A stretch of 63,201 nt of DNA, filler included, from 9 parts of 9 records of this genome joined end to end with filler, not necessarily neighbours in it, one strand, 5' to 3'; positions 9,005-22,429 are shown, counted from the whole stretch's first letter. Notes: generated by a model from the letters alone, not told the origin. Numbers and translations are program-made.

Positions 9005-11548
9005 TCAAATCAACAATGATGTGACGTTTGTGGTGACATTGGACCCCAACACAGCCTCTCCTGTTTCGGACAACCCAAGTGCCAACGGTACAATCCCAAC
9101 GCATGCTACTATCGAACCGAGAATGGCCTGGAACAAAAGGCAAGCAATGTGGACCGCGCAACTTCAGTGGACAGGGAGAGGAGGCACACCGCGTTCATAT
9201 AATCAGGGCTACCAACCCTCCATGTAGTGGCCTCGCGCTTGATCAACAGAACCACGGGAAGTGAGTATCTACGATCATCAAAACAGCAGCATGTAATGCC
9301 CAACTGGTCCGGCTCGATTCATTGGCAGTATTGTCACACACTGGTTCTTCTTTTTGCAGATAACGCACATTGGTGTCAACGCTGCCAGAGTTGAAAATGT
9401 GGCCAAGTCAATCTCAAATATGGCATAGGCCTTTTATCGTCACCAACAGCAACATTATTCCAAAAAAGATCACCGTGATCAGCAATAGGTCACCCCAAAA
9501 ACAGATTTTCGGGAAGCGCAGGAACGGCAACAAAGGAACGGCAACAAGATGCGATTTTCACTGAGCCAACCTGCAGAGCTGGACATGCGAATGTTGTGAC
9601 GGCAGTCCCAAGCGTCACCCACACGTATGCCGTAGGGGTCATTGCTGCCCACTCGTACCACAATGGCTCCATTGACATAGGGTCGGTTTTGGTCGAAGCG
9701 ATCGCAGCACTTTCCTGCGGCGTCGCTGTGGCAGGATTCGCAATGCTCACAGGAGCGTTTTCAGCTTTTTGAAGCCTATTCGGTGTGGTGACATTTTGAC
9801 CTGAGCCAAGTTCACCTGTCAGCTCAATTCCCGGGTCTGCTGCGTCACCGCCGGAGCGAGACACATTCCCTGGCTTGTCCACCGACTCTGATCCACTGCC
9901 TTCCGGCGACCGCGCCCTGGGATTGTGAGACTCGTCTTGAACCGCCACACACCCGAGTCGCCCTGGTATACATGACGCGGCTAGCAGTGCTCGAGCAACC
10001 GCAAGGGTCTACACACATTGGCCAAGGTCCTTCGGTCAGCGTTTTGACATTCGCAAACCGCCGCAGAACCCAGACAAACGATGCTGGGCAACCAATCAAA
10101 CTCAACGTACTAACAGCATGGTGAAGGCAGCAGATCCAAAACGAATTGCGCCGATTTCCCAAGTGTTCATCTGAGACCCAAAATACTTGGTCAGTGCAGA
10201 TCCACCGACGTCAAGAAGCACATTCGCCGCAGCCCAGGTGTACCCCACTGCAAACTGCTTTGAACAACCTGTGCAGCGACGCGGTTTCTTCGAAGCTGAA
10301 CCCAACCTATCACGTTGTGCTTCAGAGGCAAAGGGCGTATTGCTGCCCTCAACACTCCTTTCGGCAGTCGTTGCTTGAGTGTGCAGACGCAATGACACTT
10401 CAGCTTGAGTGGCGGCATTAAGCTGCACGCTTCGACGGCGTACGTCCGGTTGCTCTCCATTGTGCTCACCATCAAAAAGCACGGAAACAACTCCAGGGCT
10501 CGTTGTTGCCATCTCGCTAGAACCTTCACCGTCGCCAACTTTCGATTCAGTGGGAAATTTCTTCTCGGATTGCCCGCTGTCCCCTTCTCGAGTCACGTGC
10601 ACAGGCAAAGTGTGCCAACTTTCGTGGACGAACCGGCAACCCGAACATGGAGACTGACCTAGCGCAGCATTCATCTTTGCCCAACAGTCGGCAGCAGATG
10701 AGGGCGACGCGCGTCTGCTGCTTGAGCAGTATGCTTCAGTTGGCAAACTCTCAGGCGCAGCATCAAGCACCGATTGCCCATCAGAAACCGGCGCCCCCGC
10801 TGCTGCAGACTGGGCCCGCACGAGTGCAGAGCTCACGGCCTGCGCTCCGGCCGAAGACTGCTCCATCGACACGTAGACTATACCACCCATGCAAATCACC
10901 ATCCCAATTACAGTCAAATACCTGACACAATGACATGGAGCGCGTTTCCCACCCACAATGATTGGTTGGCAGTAAGGCACAATCCGTGGCACTGATACAG
11001 ATATGGCGAGTATAGCACAAATGTGGCCGCATCAAGGAATGCACTCACGAAATTTCCTCCCCAAAAATGGGCCATGCGAGAAGCGCTGCTGCAAACGGCT
11101 TAATGGCATCCACGAGAATCACTCGTCGGGCACCAATGGCTTTCAGTGCAATTAGCCAACAGTTGTCTCCGACCGTTATACCGATGAACGCAGAGATTAC
11201 TAGGAACCATGCAGCCCCATCTTGCGAGAAAACGGCAATGTCACGGCCTAAAATCAACGGCAAACTTTGAGGAATCGATCGGGCAAACCACACCGGCACA
11301 GATGAACAACAACAATCCGATTCTCGGGTCATACATGCAGAAGGCACTGACTGTCACACCGTTGACGCACCTTCCGCAAAAAACACCGCCACAGCAACAC
11401 AAAGAAAGACAACTGCTGCTAGAGTGCACTTGTACACATTCAAAGAAAAGGCGTGGGCCTTCCAGAAAATGTCCCACAGGGTGAACCCAATGGACATGAA
11501 CAGTGGCGCAGCGGCTGCAGCCAACGCGCCAAAGATCACGCTCGACAT
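9005..11548 (-). CDS. Multi-exon EamA/DMT family transporter
   Basis: MSSVIFGALAAA...; ISAFIGITVGDNCWLIALKAIGARR; LLAWPIFGEE; second repeat LLDVGGSALTK...YSLPVVLLIKREATTWR|AILGSIVACVGIV; stop at 9005. Confidence 0.82.
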
Positions 11549-11566
11549 TGCGCCTGTCTTCAACAG

Positions 11567-11590
11567 CAAAACAACAACAACAACAACAAC
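11567..11590. repeat. (CAA)n microsatellite at contig end
   Basis: acaacaacaac run. Confidence 0.9.
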
Positions 11591-11690
11591 NNNNNNNNNN
11601 NNNNNNNNNNNNNNNNNNNNNNNNNNNNNNNNNNTTAATTAATTAANNNNNNNNNNNNNNNNNNNNNNNNNNNNNNNNNNNNNNNNNNNN
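11591..11690. other. Artificial contig spacer
   Basis: N44-TTAATTAATTAA-N44. Confidence 0.99.
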
Positions 11691-12075
11691 CTCGCTCTCT
11701 CTCTCTCGCTCTCGCTCTCTTGACCTGCTCAAGCTCGATTCTTTCTCGATACTCTCTCGCTTGATACTCTCGACACACTCTCGCTCGATACTCTCGACAC
11801 ACTCTTTTGCGCTCTCTCGATACTCTCGATGCTGTCTCGATGCTCTCCCACGCTCTCGACACCCCGATAGCCTCTCCGCACTCTTCCCACACTCTCTCGA
11901 CACGCACTCCACACTCTCCCCACACTCTCTCCATACTCTCTAGCTCGATTCTCGCGACACTCTCAATGCTCTCGATGCTCTCTCGACTCTCTCAAAACAC
12001 TCTCTCGATGCTCTCAAAACACTCTCTTGACATTCTGTCGATCTCGCTGTCGATACTCTCTCTCGCTCTCTCGTG
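11691..12075. repeat. Degenerate CT-rich minisatellite (CTCTCGA-type units)
   Basis: Many variants of actctcgat/actctcgac/gctctcgat; strong pyrimidine skew. Confidence 0.85.
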
Positions 12076-12241
12076 CCTCAGCGCTTTCTCAGCACGAGAA
12101 CGGACCCGTGACCGACCGACAATTCGCGCTCGCTTTTCCCAGTAAGGGCAAGGAAATAAATTTCTGCCTTATCTGCAACGCCGCCTTCCCTAGTTGATTG
12201 ATTTTTCGTCCTTCCTTTTCACAGTGATTGATTGTTAAAAA

Positions 12242-13480
12242 ATGATGGCCATCAACGGTCGGCAGCTGCTGAAAGCAGCCGCCACGACGCTGAAGGTGTG
12301 GAGACAGAAAGCGCTGACCAAGCAGCTGCCTCTGCGTGGAAAGCGGCGAATGGTCACTGCAGAGAGTGGCCCGCTTCATTTCGATCTTCGGGGCAAGGTC
12401 TGCGTCGTCACAGGTGCTGGGAGCGGCATCGGCCAAGCAGTGGCCATCGGTTTCGCACAATGCGGCGGGAAAGTGGTGGTCGCAGGGCGTCGTCAGGTGC
12501 GTTTTGTGTTTCTGAAACACTCGCTTCTCTCGTTTGCCTGCCTGGACGGTGGATGTGTGCAGGCAACGACAATCACGAAACTGACCTAATGTGGCGTTTG
12601 ACTTGCCGACAGGCGGCACTTGATGAGACATTATTGAAAATTGCGGAGGCTGCAGGGCCAGCGGGTGGCACGGGTGAATCTTTTCTTGCGGTTCCGACGG
12701 ATGTTACTGATGCGGCATCCGTTGAAAATCTGTTCTTGCAATGTCAAAGCGTATTTGGGCGAGTGGACGTCTTGTTCAACAATGCGGGTGTCGGTGCTCC
12801 AGCAGTTCCGCTTGAGGACCTCGATTTGGAAACCTGGCGAAAGGTGGTGGATGTTAACCTGACAGGAGTGTTTCTGTGCACGCAACAAGCTTTTCGAGTG
12901 ATGAAGGCACAAGAACCGCAGGGTGGGCGTATCATCAACAACGGCTCCGTGTCGGCCGTGGCTCCTCGGCCCCTTTCCAGCGCGTACACTGCAACAAAAC
13001 ATGCGGTTACTGGCTTAACCAAGTCTACCTCCCTTGACGGTCGCAAGGTATTTACGATGCAGGAGTTGTTCGATTACCCCTGGATTTGGTTTTTAGTTCA
13101 GTTTCTTACGACCGTTTGTAATGGTGCATGGTACGTGCAGTACGACATTGCATGCGGTCAAATTGACATCGGCAATGCTGCCACCGATATGACGGCTGGT
13201 GTGAGGTCCGGACCGGGGGTCCTGCAACCAACCATTGATGGTTCTGAACGATTTGCGCAGGTGAGCGCCTTCATTCGATGTTCATTGTTGCTCTGCCTTT
13301 CTTGCCCCAGACCTTAAAGAATTCTATTGCGAATGCTCTTAAATCGCGTGTCAGGAACCTACGTTTGATGTGGCAGACGTTGCACGTACAGTCTGCTTGA
13401 TGGCATCGCTGCCGCCTGAAGCAAACATTCCTTTTGTGACGGTTATGGCGACGAAAATGCCCGTGTTTGCGCGTGGGTGA
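12242..13480 (+). CDS. Short-chain dehydrogenase/reductase, 4 exons, basic N-terminal extension
   Basis: [46 protein letters not shown], ends [12 protein letters not shown]; three GT-AG introns. Confidence 0.9.
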
Positions 13481-13642
13481 GAGCGAGCTCTATTCGATAT
13501 TTATTTCAACACACCTACATCGCTGCAGTCCGAGTAATCTTCGCAGTGATCCGCGCAATCCACACGTGTCTAAACAGAAGTCAGTGACCCTGCCCTCGAA
13601 CTGCGGCACGGCATCAGTGAGTGCAGTAACAACTAAAACAGA

Positions 13643-16600
13643 TCACAGCATGTCAGTATCGCGCTCTTGTATTGCGTGAAGCGATGCGAGGACACTTTGC
13701 CGGAGCTGAAGTCGGTCGATTTCAGCGAACAGGGACTTTTCTGTGACAGCTTCTTTCCACTCACGCCCTTGGCGCACGCACACTTGTTTCAGTAGGATTG
13801 CGGCGGCAAATCCATCTTCCATTTTCTCGAGAGCGGGTGTGAGGAGTCGCACCACGGCAACCGCAACTTTGTACCTAAAGAAAGGCCCGACGTAAACCCC
13901 ACTGACATCAAGGCTGGACACTACATTTCATGAAATCGCAGCTTGCGCCCAATTGGGGCAACTTACAAGAACACGATGCCATGGAAGAGAAAGTTGTCGA
14001 AGACCCGCAGGGCAAGTTGTAGGGGCAGATGCTGGCAAAATACTGGTTGAAACCAGTTGTACAAATACTCGTGAGGAGGGACTTCCAGCCGGTGAAGAAG
14101 TTTTGCGCTGTGCGAGGCATGCGTTTGCAGCAGCTTCGAAAACAACCGGTAGTAAGGTTCCAGAATGATTCCTCGTCGTTCATAGAACGACAGAAAGTGA
14201 TGCTGCGAAAAGAGATTGGCCAGAAGTCGAAATCCTGCAAATTCGTCCGTCTCGCAGCTGTCAAAACACAAAAGCCGCCATGCATGCGAATAAACGTCAG
14301 GGTGAACTTAAAAGAATATGGTAAAACACGTGGCGGTGGCAGACTGAAAACGTACACCAGCACGATAAGAGCACAAGGGTACGTCATCCCTTGCACGAAA
14401 CCATAGTCGCGGCGGAAGCTCCACCACAACAGGGAATGCCGAAAAAGGATTTTAGAGTGCTCTCCATCGGGGTCCTGGCAAATACAATTAGCTGTGAGCC
14501 AGTCATGCATGGAAAACCAGAATGTGAACGGCCTAACGCACACCATTAATAAAAATCACCTTGAATAAGCCAACGCTCCCAAAAGTCCGGTTGACATCCC
14601 CTCTGATGTCGCGAAAACTCCAGAAAGCGCGGTCGACAGCATCGATGCAGTTCGGGCGCTTCTTGTCCTCCACTGCTTCGTATTCACGGAACGCTTTGTC
14701 TCGGTGAAGACGGTACAGTCTCTTGGTAATTTTCAGTCCATTTCCGATCATAAGAGCCCACCTACAACAAACACAAGACACACCCAATCTTTTTGTTTAA
14801 CGGCTCGGCCGCCCATGCAAAAAGCCTGAAGATGAGGTGCGTTGAAATAGAATCGCACGTACGTTTCGGCTCGACGACGGTGAGGAATACCACCGAAAAT
14901 GAATTTTTCGAGCTTTGAATTGGATGCATTGGCCTGGAAGGCGTTGAAACCCCAGGCACCCGTGTGCTTTTGATGCGCGGCATCGTCGAGGAGTTTAAGA
15001 AGTTGTTGCTCCCGTTTCTCCAACTTGCCAGCTTTGGCCCCGACAGACATGGGGCGGCCGCGTTCCATGTACGACGGGCCTGCAAATCGTGCGTCGACAC
15101 CCGTTACCTTGGTTGGAGTTGTGGCAGCTTCAGTGCCACCACTTCCTGCTCCTGCATTGTTGGCGCTGGAGGGCGAGTGAGGAGACGACGAGCTTACGGC
15201 AAAAATTGTGGGGGCTCCAAGAACCATCATCATCTTATTTCCACAGGCAACATCCTGTACTTGGGGAGGACCACCTTCCAACACTTCAGGTTGATACACT
15301 GCGTCCGAGTGACCTTCAGGGCAAATTTGAAAATATTGCTGCCAGGTGCGACACAAGACATCGCAAAATATTTTCACAACACACATTCAAAATAAGCACT
15401 ACGAACCTAGTCCTAAACAGCCGTCCATGTTTTGTCCCCAGCCAAACAGCCGGTGGTTTTCCGTTCGGCACATTGACATGAACATACCACACCAAACTTT
15501 CGCGACAAAGGTACGATCCTGAGCGGTTCCACGTTTGTCATCTCCAACATCTTGAGCAAATATGGCACTCATATCAACCGCCGACGGCTGCAGCGTTGAC
15601 AACATTGTTTCCCCAAGCCCAAGTTGCCCCGATTCCCCTCCACCCCAGCTGAAAAGCCGCCCAGTCCCGCGGGCTACGGCCACAACATGCGTGTAACCGC
15701 AAGCAATCGCCGAACTGCACAAGAATTCAGGGATCTAGACACAACACACAACACAGGCAACCCCGTGTCACATTCAAACGCAGGACCCTGGTCCAAAGAG
15801 AAACCATTCGGAATATGGGAGCTCACGTGCCTTTGCGGGAAGAAGTTGATCTTCAACCGAGTTTACTCCGCATTGACCCGTGTCTGATCGTCCAAACGCA
15901 AATACACCACCGCTAATGTCGACTGCCATCGAAAAGTTCCAACCGCAGGCAATTTCGCTGATGGAGCTTTGCCGAAGGGCACGAATGAGGGTGGGCGTGG
16001 CCTAAGGAGACAACTCAGAAAAGTTACTTTGAAACATGCGAAACGTTCGTCACATGGCCGGCGTGGCTCGGAAGTTTACCTTATCATTGTGGTCTCCGTG
16101 ACCAAGTCTTCCGTTTTGCCCTCGTCCCCAACTGTAAAGACCTCCCGAATCCCCCTTGATCGAGCTGTCTGCATCTGTCAGTGCGAGCGAGTGTTGTCCA
16201 CCGCACGCAACTCGAAGCACAAACTTCCCGGACAGAGCGACAATCTGTCTCGGCACCCTTTCATCTTCCTATCAGAAGCAAGTGCCAAACCAAGCGATTC
16301 GTGACTTCAAACTGACGCATGAATTCCTAGGCTGTGTCTATACAATCGCACTTACCTTTGCAGTGCCGTGACCTAGCTGACCCATTTTTCCAGCCCCCCA
16401 GGAAAGAGTCTTTCCAGTTTGTGTCAGAGCTAAGTTGTGAGTTGAGCCACACGCGATCGATACTACCTTTTGGTCGCTCAACACGTTTTCTAGAAGAAGT
16501 CCTTGCACGAGTTTCGCGTCGCCTTTGCTGCCCGCGGCCGTGGTAAACCTGGGACAACAGCATCCTCCAACAGTCAAATTCAAGCCAAGCGACGAAACCA

Positions 16601-18333
16601 CGAATTGAACCGATTGCATCGTGCGTCTGAACGTACACTTCGCCATTGGCTGTTAGGTACATGACTTCGCCGGTTCGATGACTGCACACAATTTGCGTCA
16701 GCTGCTTCCCTTCCAAAACCGACACATGTTCCAGGATCTGTGTGGCCCGTTCTCCGTCAGTACTAATGTCACTTCGTAACGCAGCTGCCACAGCTTCCTC
16801 CGTAGTGTCAGCAACAACTTGAAACTCATGCTTTCCCGCAACCCAGAGGCACGAATCTGAATTCAGGAAAGGGTGATGCTCATTTTGATAGTCTGCAGCA
16901 ACCGATGCAAGACGTTGTCGACTAGCTTGGCGCATTTGCTTTGAGCACTTCTGTGCAACATCACAAAAACCATCCATCGCCCCCAATTCAGCTTGCCAAT
17001 CCACCACTGCGAGTAGGGAGTCTGTGCAGATCTTTTGCTGATGTGGAGTCAAGCGCTCGGATCCGCTACCGTCACTTTGCTCAGCATTATGGTCGCACAT
17101 TTCAGAATCTGAATCGCTCTCTTTGCGTCTGCCGTGCAAGGCGTCCCATGGAAGTAATTTTGCGAGATCTAACAATGCATCGTGTGCTTTGTCGTGGTTA
17201 TCAAGCATGGTACGCATGGCCTTGATGACATGCAGCTGGCCACTAAATATTCCGCCAGCGGCATCAGCATTTACGCAGCTCTCATGCTGCGCCCACTCGG
17301 TGGCTCGCTGGCTCAAACGACTGCCAGCACTTATCCATGTTAGAGATGCAACGACATAATCTTGAAGACTCTGCACAAAAGACGCGGTCGTTGCAGGGCC
17401 GGACTGACCCGATACTGTTGCGGCTGATGTTGAAGCGCCCTTGCCTAAGTCAATGTCAACGACAGAGGTTGCTGGTGACCGTGTAGATGTACCTGCATTT
17501 TCGGTGGCAACCAATGTTGGCTCTGGCGCTGGCTGCTGGTGTGAAACTGAGGTGGTGGATGGAATAACCTCCGTCACCTCGCGCCACGGATCGTCGCCGT
17601 CGCGCGGGGGAAGTGGGACGGCGTTGATTTCCCGAACACACGTAGCCGCCGCACTCGGGGCACCTGTGCTTGCCATGCCAAGACCACTGTGATCCGCTGA
17701 TTTGACCGTCGCTGCCAACGTTGGGCTATTGCTTTGATTGCTTTGTGCTTGGAGTTCAGAGGCAGCCTCCGAGGTGCCAAAACCGTCAAAGGCTGGAACT
17801 ACGACGGGGTCCACTAATGTCGCAGCTAACATTGGCGACGGTGTCAGGCGCGACACCGCACTCGACGGCTTCTGCGGGGTCACAAATACGTTGCTCGCAT
17901 TGAGTCCAGCAGGCGGGCTCAAGTCAATGTTGCTGCCAATTTTGGCGTCTGCTCGTGTCGGAGTACTTACCGTCTCAGCAGCTTGCACTGCGGCTTCAGA
18001 CACCCCTGTTGTCGCTAGCTCAGTCGCAGCTTCACCACCTCCCTGCGCCTCGTTGTTGCTGTCGGCTGGAGCCCCGTGGCTGCTCGGGAACTCCACTTCA
18101 TCTTCGACAGGTTCAAGCTCGTCGTTCTGCTCGTCTTCTTCGACGATCGTAGTGGCCGAAAACTTGGTTGGCCTCAGCACGTCGTACGCTTTGAATGGCT
18201 TGTGGTGCCGTTGGCCAATTTGCTCCACTACCTCGTTGTCCCGACGCTTGGCGAGGGTGCGAAAGGACAGGTTTGCCGCTCTGTCTTGCGGCATGGACGT
18301 CCCACTTGCCTGCCAGTCCTGACGCTGCGACAT
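13643..18333 (-). CDS. Multi-exon RCC1-repeat plus TBC (Rab-GAP) domain protein
   Basis: RCC1 repeats (IACGSTHNLAL...WGAGKMGQLGHG; VACGGQHSLAL...WGRGQNGRLGHG; WGGGESGQLGLG); TBC motifs GGIPHRRR, DIRGDVNRTF, FVQGMTY, LPLQLALRVFDNF. Confidence 0.85.
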
Positions 18334-18453
18334 GCTTCGTCAGAGCACAGCCGAGCGAAGGAGGTCGAACGAGGGCGGGTTAGGTTTCACCAATTCGGCC
18401 GCATCTTCTTGTGTGTCGTTATGAACGTGCGCATTGTGGTTCACGACCAACTC

Positions 18454-18499
18454 ACAAAAAAAATACAATAAAAAAAATAAAAAATAAAAAATAAAAAAA
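18454..18499. repeat. A-rich (A6-7T)n repeat at contig end
   Basis: aaaaaaataa repeats. Confidence 0.85.
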
Positions 18500-18599
18500 N
18501 NNNNNNNNNNNNNNNNNNNNNNNNNNNNNNNNNNNNNNNNNNNTTAATTAATTAANNNNNNNNNNNNNNNNNNNNNNNNNNNNNNNNNNNNNNNNNNNN
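18500..18599. other. Artificial contig spacer
   Basis: N44-TTAATTAATTAA-N44. Confidence 0.99.
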
Positions 18600-18674
18600 G
18601 CAACAACAACAACAGCAACAGCAACAGCAGTCGTTCTATCGGTGGCTCGTCCGCTCCTTTGGTTGGTTCATAAA

Positions 18675-21600
18675 ATGATGCTGTTTGCCAACCGTGCGCT
18701 CACCGCGGCAACGGCTCGGCACGTATCGAAAGCTGCCACGCGTTGCAGGAGTTTGAAGTCATTGGCGTTTTCCCAGCGGTCGTTGTTGCTCCCAGCGAGA
18801 CGCTTGCACAAAGGCGGCCCCGTCATGTCGCGGCCTCTTCAGCCGCGACCTCTAGAGCTCGATTCGATCCGGGCATTGTCAGCGGGTCCACCGTCCAGCC
18901 AAGAGAGAGACAGCGATGGCGCAGAATCGAAACCAAGCGAGGAGTCGAAAGACGCGGCGTCGCCCTTTGAAGCCTGGGTCATCAAGCATTTTGGGAAGCA
19001 CAAGATCATCGCGCCTGACGGGTTCAACCGCTGGTAAGTGCGCAATCAAATGGGGCTGCACACGTCGTTACAAAGTTGCGCACGCGTGCCTCGCCTTGCT
19101 GGCGGTGTTGATTCCAACTGGATATTTGCAACTGCAGGATGGCAATGCCACCCATATTTGCAATCCAGGCCTCCATCGCTTCGGTTTACTCGTGGAGTGT
19201 GTTCAACGCGCCGTTGTCTATGGAGCTCGGTGTCTTTGCGCAGGCAGCTGACGACTGGGATGTGTCGGCCGTGCTTCCGATTTTCTCAGTCGGTGCTGTG
19301 ACCCTTGGTTTTACGACGTTCTTTCTTGGGCAGGTATGGATTTGTATTGAGCACCGTTTGCGGGTCTTTCCACTGTAATTCACCACACTGCCGCGCAGAT
19401 TGTATATTTGACCTACTCATTTTCACGTCGGTACCAAAGTTCATCGACCGTGTTGGTCCACGTGCCATCGCGACGGCTGTGGCTGGTACGTTGACATCAC
19501 CGATTTTTTCTGATGACCAACTTTAGACCTCGGCACACAGCCCGGCAAACTCTCACACACATGCGCAGCTGTCGGCTTTGTATGGTTTTCTCACGGACTG
19601 TGATGGCTTTTTGATAGGATTATGGGGTGGGGGCCTCGCCATAACTGGAGTTGGCGCAATGATGCACAATCTGCCATTGATGTGAGCTTTCCAAGCCATG
19701 CGGATGCTGCTCTTGAGTGAGTCTTTGACCTGCAACGTACGACCGCGGTGTCTCATCAGTGTCCGCATGCATTGCGCGGGCTGTGACAGGTATTTAGGCT
19801 TTGGCCTATTCGGAGGAGCTGGGTGGGGTTCGTACAGGTTTGGTTTTTGTGCTTGTGTGGAAGGCCATTAGACCCTGAGTTTGAGTTGGTCTGGTGCATG
19901 CCTCAATTATTTGTCCAGGGTTGGCATACGTAATGCCAGTGTCCGCGTTGCTTGCTTGGTTTCCGGACAAGCGTGGGCTTGTACGTCGTGTCAAACCCGC
20001 GATCTTATAAAATCCAGATGGCATTTTACCGCGTTGCGCATTGCTAATCCTGCGGTTGTCTGGGCTGATGTTGCGTCCAGGCGCTTGGACTTGGAATGAC
20101 GGCGTTTGGAACTGGTTCGTCCACTAGTAGGCGCCAATGCGCTTAGAAGCATGACGTTTGAGACTCTGCCATGTTCATAGTTTTCTTCTGCAACATTCTG
20201 GCAGGGACAATGGCTGCTGTCGCTGGGATTGAGAAGCTGATGGCGCATTTTTCAAAGCTTCCGGACTACCTCGGGCAGTCGAAGGACCTCACGCTTGTGG
20301 CGGAGAACGGGCGGTGCGTATTTGTGCGCTGGTTTGCTGGTGCTGTGCATCAAAAAAACCCGCAACTCCATCCGACTTACTTCTTCATTATTTCGTCCAC
20401 TGTGCCGCAGATATTTTGTTGATGGTATTGAAGTCATGGTGGTACGCATATCGCTGTCAAATTTTGGGTTGAGCCGTATTCAGCTTGTCGTAAATGTTGG
20501 AGCTCATGCAACCAATCGCGGTTGCGTTGCAGGCCTCTGCGGCGGATGCTCTGCGAACCTCGGGAATTCTCCACGATGGCGTGTGCGTATGGCTTGGCTT
20601 GCATAGTAGCGTCCTGCCTTGTGCACACGGTAGATCGTATAGCATTAATAACGACTGTGCGTTTCATCACTGAAGGTATGTTGTCGGATCCGGAGACACA
20701 GGGACCGCATCAACTTTTTTCACGCTTGGCGCTTTCTATTTCACAACCTGCTTGCTTGCGTCGCGTTTCGTGAAGTGGCCTCAGGCGGGATGGGCTCCAC
20801 CGACAGACCGAGATTCTAATGCAGATGACCCAGCCACGCCTGCCCGTGCCGTAAATACTGCAATTGTATCATTGACGGCGCCCGAAGCAGTCAAGCGACC
20901 ACAATTCTACCTTCTGTGGGGCATTATGTTCGGACAGGTGCGCGAGTGTTTGATTGAATATAACATCATAGGGCAAAGGTTTCTGGGACTGCCGGCCTTA
21001 GCTAACTTTGTCGCGGGTTGCACTCAGGTGTGCTCTGGCCTTGCAGTTATCAGCACTGCCAAGACGCTCATCAACGAATGCATGGCACCAGCCATGCCCT
21101 TGGTGAGAGTCTTGAATCCCTTCCGTTTTGACGGGTCGGGACGTCTGGTTGATTACAGCTCCCAAATGCATATGATATTATTTCAATTTGCAGGTGGTTA
21201 CGAGCGCCTTTTGTGCCTCTTTTGTCGGAGCTGTCAGTGCCGCGAACATGATTGGACGACTCGGTTGGGGAATTGGAGCTGACTACATTGGGCGAAAAGC
21301 AACTTTGTTCGTGGCGCCACTGATTCTGGAGCAACGCTTTTTCCGACTGCCAGCGTTGACGTGTTGCTGCGTTGGTCACAAATGTTTACATCATGTTCTG
21401 TGTGCAGGTTTGCTTTTGGCCTTGGAACGCCAATTTGTTTGGCGTTGCCGTACGCGATCAACACAGCCATGATAGATCCAGGATATGTTCCGCTGGTATG
21501 GTCATATGCATCTAGTTTGTCGACATTGCCTGAAGTGAACGGCACTAGGAAATCGGCTTTGTTGGGTTTCTCTTCGTCGCTAAATTTTGTGTTGCACTCG

Positions 21601-22335
21601 TTGGTATTTTCTCCAGGCTGCCTTTTGTGGGGGCACTCTGTTTGTTGTGTCGACGTTTGGAGGGCTGTTTGCAGTCATGCCAGCCTACGTTGCTGATGTT
21701 TTTGGACCCAAAAATGCAGGGGCCATTATGGGCCGAATTTTGACCGGCTACACGGCTGCGGCAATGGTTGGGCCTGGGTGAGTAGTAACACTACATGTGA
21801 TCTTATTGGGGACAAGGCGTTCGTTGGAATGCTGGTGACTCTGTGTTCTTGGTCTGCAGCTTTCTCAGCTACTTCCGAAGCACTGCCTACAAGCAGGGAC
21901 TCGCAGACTTGATGACACAAGTTGATCCAACGAAGTTTGAGGCTCGATTCGGGGCGTCCGTCGACAAAGCGCAAGAACTCATCGAGGCAAGTTTGGCTCT
22001 TGAAAATTGCGCGGTTGGAAGTCCGAGATTGTGTGGATGCTGTTTCTGTGACAGGTTGCATCGAATATACGTGCTTCCTAGGCAAAGACTGTTACGATCG
22101 CCAACTTGATGGAGATCATGCCTCCGGGCGTAGTTGATCCAACTGCGACGTTGTACAACTCCTCCTTGTGAGTCTCATCGCGCTTATGCACCACGGCGTT
22201 GTTGTATGCTCTTGAACGTGACGGCCGCTGCCATGTGATGACAGGTACATGATGGCCACAACAATCGGCCTTGGTGTCATATGCAACGCCTTAGTGAAGC
22301 CTCTTCCCGAAAGCGATCAAACGCAGAAACTTTGA
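18675..22335 (+). CDS. Multi-exon MFS transporter, OFA (oxalate/formate antiporter-like) family, with N-terminal presequence
   Basis: GFNRW|...SVYSWSVFNAPL; DRVGPR; WFPDKRGL; AVKRPQFYLLW; ANMIGRLGWG...DYIGRK; FGGLFAVMPAYVADVFGPKNAGAIMGRILT; many short introns. Confidence 0.85.
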
Positions 22336-22429
22336 CGGTACCGCAAAGGCCTGCAGTATTTTAGGACCGCTGACTTTGCACCGTTAAAATTTTCGACTAA
22401 ATTATTTTTTGGACGAAAAAGCATCCATG

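Noticed and set aside
8994-9227. 77-aa ORF after the CD36 gene
   Set aside because: Antisense to the last exons of the EamA gene
11635-12145. Glu/Arg-rich and Ser/Leu-rich ORFs
   Set aside because: Translations of the CT-rich satellite
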